Source of the DNA: Novakomyces olei
Taxonomy: Eukaryota
Assembly (NCBI GenBank): GCA_016906335.1
Contig: JADEYG010000009.1
Coordinates: forward strand, 1 to 64,000
Direction of reading: 5' to 3'
Length of the DNA: 64,000 nt
The notes under the pieces are model-generated. The model was not told the origin of the DNA. It did no database searches and saw only the letters and a program-made list of their open reading frames with translations. Position 1 is the stretch's first letter. Every line of letters begins with the position of its first letter. A program made the translations under genes and the position numbers. Below are positions 56,877 to 64,000 of this stretch, piece after piece.

Positions 56877-58749
56877 TGCGACAAACAGCGTAGTGCATAA
56901 GACGTGTTTGAAATTCAAAATTGGTTCTATTTGATCTTGCAAACTGTTCCTTTCTCGTTCATAAGCATTTGCTTTCAACCCTCGTCCTGCTGAATGCAAA
57001 GTGCCTGCCTTTCAGGAGAACGGAACAAACAATGCAATGGACTAATGTGTGTGAAGATAGTACACCAGAGGAACTTCCGGTGGACTATATACGACTAGTT
57101 GTCTGATGCAAACGGTCCAGACCATTGAGGACATACAAACCCTTTTCTAATTTATCCGTTTCTTCCTGCTTACCTTTCCGGGACAAATCTCACGCAACTT
57201 TAGTATAAGTGTCCAATCGTATACCGATAAGGATAATGCGCAGAAGGCGTTAGTATTACGTATGCAAGGTGCGCAAATTAAACATTTAAGAAACAGCACA
57301 AAGGCGATTCTCTCCTTGTCTCATCTGCGCTAAACCGGTTCAACTAATGGTTTGTATTATACTATAATACTGCCGCACAAGCAATAACATATAGGCTGGA
57401 TACATGCAGGTAGTTTAAAAAGTTAATACTGGTTCAAAAATGAAGATCATCAAAACAATCATTAGCCTGCTAATAGTAAGCGGTGTTGCGCAAAGTCCAC
57501 GTGCTTCATAACCCCGCTCATAGACGAAGCAAAGGCTGAGCATTGTTCGTTATCTCGTCTGTTTTAGTATATAATAAGTTATCATAATTTATGCGAGTCG
57601 ATTATCAAACGTCTTATTGGCTGGCAAATGTGATAGACAACGCCATTATGTAATGATCAGCGAATTGATTATAGCAACAGAATTGATACTCGCAACCGTC
57701 TTACCACTTTACACTTGTTCCACGGCTGATTGTGTAAGATCGACTCACAATGGTTACAAAGGAAGATAAGCAAAGCGTCAATTTAGATCAGCACAAATAT
57801 CACATGTATTACAGTCCAATGCGCTTAACCGCAAATAATGTGTAGTCAAATTTTTACAACTAGTACTGATCGAGTATTTGATGGTCAAAAACATAACGCA
57901 GCGCTAGGGATCTTGCGCTTGAATGTAAAGAAGAACATAAATTTGAATACTTCGTTACTCGATACGGTTTAGACTTCGAATGCTCTTTTCCATTTGTGAT
58001 CTTTTCCGGCTAAGTCGAACTTCTCGGATAGCTTACATAATTTGATTTAGACGTGATCCCATACCATCCCATCCCATCGTATTTCAAGTATAATCTAGAA
58101 TTAAAACCATTTTTGTACAACAAAAATCTCTCTGCGGTCTTGCGTATAGATACGCTTTTGCTTTGCCGTCAGGGACGAATCCAGGTTCTTCCAATCGGAT
58201 TGTCAATCATATGGATCGCTAAAATCTTTTCCTGTTCTATTCAAAAAATTTGAAAACTTATAAATTTTGGACATGAATAATTATTTCTAGGCAATTGAAT
58301 TCATTCTTTACGTTCTAGAAGTATAACCTAATATATTCACGATATATCATCTCAGCCAGCTAGAGCATGATGACTGTTGGTTTAAGAGTACTAATTACAA
58401 GTATTGTTCTTTAGTAAAAACTTGCATTTTGCAGCACGCGGGATCTTTTTGTGGCATAAACATTGGTGCTCAAACAATGCAACATGAAAAATATAAAGCA
58501 CACAAAAATTTATATATTTATCATAGCAATCAGTGCGACGAACTATTCACATGCAATTGGCAGTCAAAGAGCGTTGGCTGTGTATAGCCAGCCTGATCAC
58601 CGCGCTCGATATCTCATCTGCCCATGCTATTTCGAAATCTTTTGACATGTCAGACGGCTTGAATCTGGCAATAAACGATAATGTATAATTTGTTCATTAT
58701 ATAGAAGGACAAATCTATTCATGGTATTCATCCACACTATCTTTGCCCT

Positions 58750-59277
58750 TCACGCTCGGCCGGTAGCTGCTTCAATATGGCTATTAGCATTGTTAAGCGT
58801 TGTTTCCAGATAATCACGCCTCTTTGATAGCGATTCAAGAGTGCTATCTGTTTTCTTTGCTTCAGCGTCGATTTCATCAAGGACGCTAGACTTCCCCGCT
58901 AATGAGAACCTGTAACAAAATTATTATTAGCAGCCAGTTATACCAGCATTATGGAATTGTCAGTGTACATACATTTTCCCAACGCCTTTATACATTCGAG
59001 CATCTGAGGGCAATTCATCTATTTCTTTGCGAGTAAGCTCCAACAGCCGTTTCTCCCGTAAACGTGTAGCCGTGAGCTGGCTTACTTGGCCTAGTTCCTG
59101 GCGCGAAACTGACGCCTTATTTTCAATCTCGGCTAGCACCTAACAAAGATAGATCTCATTACGCGGTCGGATTAAGGCTACTTGCCGCTGCCGACGCGAG
59201 TTTTGTGCCATTTAGTTTTGTTCAGCCAAAATCAAAATTCTTACCTTTCTAAGTGCGTCATTCGAAAGAGCCGACAT
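58750..59277 (-). CDS. PFD1: Prefoldin subunit 1 (three exons; absent from the ORF track)
   Basis: Manual splice gives MSALSNDALRK|VLAEIENK...LLELTRKEIDELPSDARMYKGVGKM|FSL...KRRDYLETTL; GTAAG/GTATG donors and AG acceptors. Confidence 0.85.
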
Positions 59278-59502
59278 TACAAGTGTCAGCTGCTGATGCT
59301 GGAGACTGTGAACTCGTCTCTTGAGGACGAAAGACAATGCGAAGCCTGTAGTAAAGGAAGAATATTTTAGTATATTGTATGGTGGTCAGTCCTTAATTTA
59401 ACTAATTATTTCGATAAATGTGCGAGTATATTATTATACGTACGAAATTGCTCAAATTAATTTGTGTCAAGGGCATTTTATTAATGGCTTCAATGACAAT
59501 GT

Positions 59503-60908
59503 ATGGCTGAAGAGCAGGACACGGAGGAAAAACTGGGTATTGTTGCCTCATTGTGCCCGCATTTCGAGACGAGTTTTTTACTTGACACTCTCATTGAACA
59601 CGAGGGAGATGTTGAGGCGACCGTGCAAAGTTTATACGGACTAAAGCGGAGACGGTCCGATCAAGAGTCTCAAAACTCGCCTTCCAAACGGCACCAGGAT
59701 GCTTTTTCGCGTCTTGTGAAAAGCCAAGAGCAATCTCCCAAACGTATAGCTGCACAAGCCTTGCATTTGTATAAGCCAGATGTTGTAGAGGCACAGACGC
59801 CGTGCTCATTGATTCTAAACGTACTACCCCGCGATTTGGCGCGCAATCTACTAGTACGTATGCTGGGAGAAGCTGACTCTTGGAGTCGAAATACGTTTAC
59901 TCGTAAGTTTTGATCTATTTAAAGTTTTGTCAAATTTAAATGTTTAAATGGTGATAGTTTCGTTGAATTTCGTTCCTTTGGAATCAAAATATTTGCAACT
60001 GTTTACCTATATTGGTTTGTAGCCTTTACTTTCTTGCCGTTTTTTATACCAGCCTTTTGAATTGAATACTGTTGTCTTTTTGTTTTTATATGTTCCGCCT
60101 TTCCACTATTTATACGCGGCATTGTATTGAATATGTATTCTAATACATTTCAGTATTTGATCGAGTCGTTTCTTCGCCACACAAAGCTGCCTTTTACATT
60201 GACCCCAAGGGTCATAGCAGAGGCGCAGAATACTCATACAATGGTACAACTCTCGCAGACAAACGTATGTTTGTACCCGAGATGGAACAGGCACGGGACA
60301 TCGTCGAGACAGAAGTCAATCGTGTAATCGCTTCTCGTAAAAGGCAGCCGTTAGAAATAAAGCAACGTTGGACTTCTAATTCTGTTTTTGCAAATTTATA
60401 CGACGGTCCTCAAGATTCCGTGGGCTTTCACGCCGACCATTTGACTTATCTCGGCCCCAAACCACTCATTGCTGGTCTGAGTCTTGGATGTGAGAGAGAA
60501 TTCCGATTAAAACACACTCGAGCCGGCTCGGAACATGAACGCGCTATCGGCATTCATTTGCCGCACAACAGCTTAGTTGTAATGCATGCAGGAGTGCAGG
60601 AAGAATGGAAGCATTCCATTCACCCGGCACGAACAGTGTCACCGCATTCCGTTGCGGGTATTAAACGGATAAGTCTAACCTTTCGACACTATCGGCAGTC
60701 GTTTGCGCCAGAAAGGATTCCGCGTTGCAAATGTGGGATACCCGCTGTATTGCGAACGGTCATGCGTGGCACAGGCGGTAATATAGGCCGGTATTTTTGG
60801 TCTTGTGATGCGGACAAGATTGCAAAGGATTCAAAGGAGTCGCGCAAGGGCTGCAGTTTTTTCGAGTTTGCAAATATCGACGAAGACGGGGAGCTTGTTT
60901 GCAACTAG
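59503..60908 (+). CDS. CUE-like domain, AlkB-type 2OG-Fe(II) dioxygenase and GRF zinc finger, spliced
   Basis: N-terminal 'LLDTL..HEGDVEATV..L'; N.Y...DSVGFHAD; SLG..R.F; WKHSI; RISLTFR; PRCKCG...GRYFWSC...CSFF. Confidence 0.85.
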
Positions 60909-61143
60909 GATTTATGAATTAGAAATGAAATATATATGCATATGTTTTGCTAATGAATGTAAGTTGCCGTATTTTCACGGGACCCGTGAGTATACAATAG
61001 ACCATTTCTGTTTGGGTATTGTTATACAGCGTCGAGAAAGAGGAATTATGGAAAAAGTTTAGATGATTCAAAACAATACGAGTTTAGTTTATTTCGAATG
61101 GTCCTACTTTTTGGCAACGGCTCAAACCCAATGTTAATTATAT

Positions 61144-62579
61144 CTAGACTTGTTGTGAATGCTGGAGCTTTTGTTTTTGCATAGCCTCGACAATGAAGGA
61201 CATCTCATTCTCGCCTAATCGTCGTCGTACAGAGCGATTTTTCTTCAATAGCTCCTTGCGTGCTTCCTTGCGTGCAACAAATTGTGGATCAAGACGGTTC
61301 TGTTCAAGAATACGCTCCATAATTTCGCGTTCTCTCGCCAAATAGTATTGCCGGCCCCAAGCGACTCGTGCCCGGCGCGATGTCACAGAGTGAAGCTCTG
61401 GGATTACGGCCTCGGGAATCGGTGACTCGAATGTAGCTTCGAATGTTTGTTCATTAACTACATTTGGCTTTGTGTCCACTTTCTCCTCTATAAACTGTTA
61501 GAATAAAATTTTGAAGATGGAAAAAGAAAAGGGAATAAAATAAAACTAAATTCTTAAAGGAAGAGATATATCAGATAATTTGGGAAAAAAAAGTATTGTC
61601 GTAAAAGACTGTTTAATAGGCAAGATCCAAATTTCGTATCATATTGTACAGATAGGTCAATATCAAACGTTTCAAACGAATCTAAAGTCACCGAATTGAA
61701 AAATAGAAGGCTTGAATATGGAGAAAAAGACCGTTCATGGCCCTAATCACAAAAATATTAAAGCCCTAAAACTTACCCTTTTGTTCTGGCGGTGGCCTTT
61801 GTGGCCACGGAATAGTTCTGTTTTCTCCAACCACCCACCGGTTGAAGAGAGCTCTGCCATTATGGAAATATACTTTTCCTGCCTCGAACTCAGAAACTGG
61901 AACCCTAGCCAAATTAACATGATACAGAAAAAGTCGTCTCTTACCTTATGATATTATCATTTTCATCCAAAATTTCCTCTAGTAACTGAATATCGTGGTA
62001 GTTTATAGGCCCGGGTACAGTGATATGATCGGTACCCAATTGCTCCCGAGCCGCCTCAGGAACCTCTTGAACTTGCTTCAAAGTTAGAATATACAATAAT
62101 TATATTCAAATATACCATATTAACACCATCGATGAAGACTTCGTTTTTCAGTTTGTCCACCTTAATAATGGAACCTTCCCTTCCTTTATGTAGACCATTG
62201 AGCACACGTACCTTTAGCTAGTTAGATCATGTTAAACATAAACTTAAAAACTAAACAAAAACAGATCAAGAGAATCGCAACCAGAACGCTCCACGAGCAA
62301 TTGCGACTCAATGGAAACACTTTCGAATCTTACATTATCACCCACAGCAAAAAGCCAGCAGCGTATACGGTCCACCGGACGAACCGGGTTAACTTGCATC
62401 ATTCGGTATTTAAGAGAAAAGATTGAAGAAGTCACTTGCGGCAGATGGTCTGGTTTCCACATATGGCCGAACGGACCTTTCTCCGATGGAACTTCACCGG
62501 GCAAGGGCTTCGGCATTCCGGGCTTTTTGACCAGATCCTTGATGCGCTGAATGCGCCGCAGCGCCCGACCGCGAAGCAT
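61144..62579 (-). CDS. Mitochondrial ribosomal protein uL24m (MRPL40-like), multi-exon
   Basis: 'W....GDN|VRVLNGLHKGREGSIIKVDKLKNEVFIDGVN' KOW region when spliced; later 'T...TFESPIP..VI.EL'. Confidence 0.75.
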
Positions 62580-63307
62580 GGTCTCCAGACTAAGCCAAGT
62601 TTTCCAAGCAGATTTTTATAGCCGATGAATAAATTGTCATATAAATTAAATTTAAGGCTAGAAAATAATTATTCGTCGCAGCTCTTGTACAATCTAGTTT
62701 TATATTATAAGACCAGAAATTAAAGGTTAAAAGTGCACTAGAAAGAATACATAAATCAAGGTGGATACCAGAGTATTACTTTATGCTTATCGTGCAGTCC
62801 TGTGTGGGTCTTTATGTTTTATCATTAGTTCACTCCGTTCACGTCACAAGACACAGGCGATTACCGTTGCCAATATCAATTGTCTTTCACGATAAAGAGC
62901 TCTTAAAACTCGCGCCTTACTTTGTCCAGTCTGTATCACGATTCGGGTATTGAAGGTTTAGAAACCCGTTAGAAATCGAGTTTAATATTAACAAGAGCAA
63001 TGCGCCCCTATATCGTTATCAGTAAGATTTTGGTTATAGACCAGTCAATGGTTATCGATTATACCGTATATTTTAAACGTATTCGTATATTTTAAACGTA
63101 TTCTGTGGTGACGACTAGCGTATAAACGTAGTATCATCGCCCTCACCATAAGGTGAACAAGAGAACTGGAGCAAAGCGTGAAGGCTGTTTACGATAGGGA
63201 GCATAAGTAACCACCAGCGAGTCCCGAAATCAATGGATGATTGAACTCTGCCTCCAGGTTTGTGACGTTTTCGGGTAGCTTACCTTCCTGGGCTTGAAAC
63301 CCTTACA

Positions 63308-64000
63308 ATGACCAGCAAGAGACAGCGTCTCGAGAAATTGCTGCAGACTAATAGCGCCAAACGTGAATCTCTGGCCGGACTGGTTCGTCACCACAACCGA
63401 TGCAAATACTTGTTAAAGCTAACTTGGGTTTGAAGGCGTATCAATTGTACCAAACGACAGTGGAGGAGTACGTGCAGGATCTCGCATTGCAAACGTATCG
63501 AGGCCGAGAAACGCGGCAGCAATTGCAGAAACTGGGACTCAAATTGGACCATCCCGCGCCTGGAGTCGATATACACGGTCGGCCTTTTCAAACACCAAAC
63601 ACGGCACCGTACTATAAGTGCAAGTACTGTTCAAGAGAGATCGTTGCCATCCGATTCGCACCTCATTTGGAAAAATGTTTGGGCATAAGCGGACGGCAGA
63701 GCTCTCGCAACGCCACAAGAAAGTATCACCTCCATACCGTTTGCCCGCATATTCAGGATCTATGCTTGCCATTGTGCCGCACTATCTACCAGTGCATGGC
63801 TTGAATTCATTACAAATTATTTCTTTATTCTTCGTCTTTCCATTTTTTTTTACGTTTTAAAGATATATTGTTGTAAAATGCTACATCTCTCTGCATGTTC
63901 TAACCAAAGAATTGGCTCGAATTCTGCTTCAGCCAGCCCCTACGCCAATAGGAAGGGCGCTTCAGATGATGATGATGGGGATGGAGATGACGATGAGTCC
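63308..64000 (+). CDS. SGF11: SAGA deubiquitination-module subunit Sgf11, spliced, runs off the window
   Basis: 'DIHG...YYKCKYCSREIVAIRFAPHLEKCLGISGR.SSR.A' Sgf11 zinc finger. Confidence 0.88.

Overview
Left end of a fungal (ascomycete-like, intron-containing) chromosome. 1-119 is a C-strand telomere mixing CCCTAACTAA, CCCTGACTAA and CCCTAA units. 120-2969 is subtelomeric: an AT-rich satellite, a structured ~190-bp repeat ending in CTAG, and a truncated, frameshifted telomere-linked-helicase-like gene. ~2966-21381 is a deeply nested cluster of LTR elements, mostly Ty3/Gypsy chromoviruses. Junctions give the order F > E > A' > C > B > A, plus D inserted in C, and the telomere-proximal halves of F, E, A', C and D are lost. 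The main finding is family A: after gag and pol (PR-RT-RH-IN-chromodomain) it carries a third ORF with a C2H2 zinc finger and a JmjC domain with intact Fe(II)/2-oxoglutarate ligands. This ORF has its own TATA box and heat-shock element, and its last codons form the polypurine tract. It is present in two separate insertions and is a candidate retrotransposon-borne anti-silencing histone demethylase. The elements also show Tf1-type self-priming PBSs and a position-conserved -1 frameshift signal. 22-64 kb is ordinary gene-dense sequence (methyltransferase, GPI-type alpha-amylase, Zn2Cys6 TF, MFS, cyclin, Hsp104, dipeptidase, Ivy1-like, homeobox, TYW3, Nim1-family kinase, C2H2 TF, prefoldin 1, CUE-AlkB-GRF, uL24m, SGF11) with several interstitial telomere-like motifs. 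All calls come from reading the sequence; no database searches were run.
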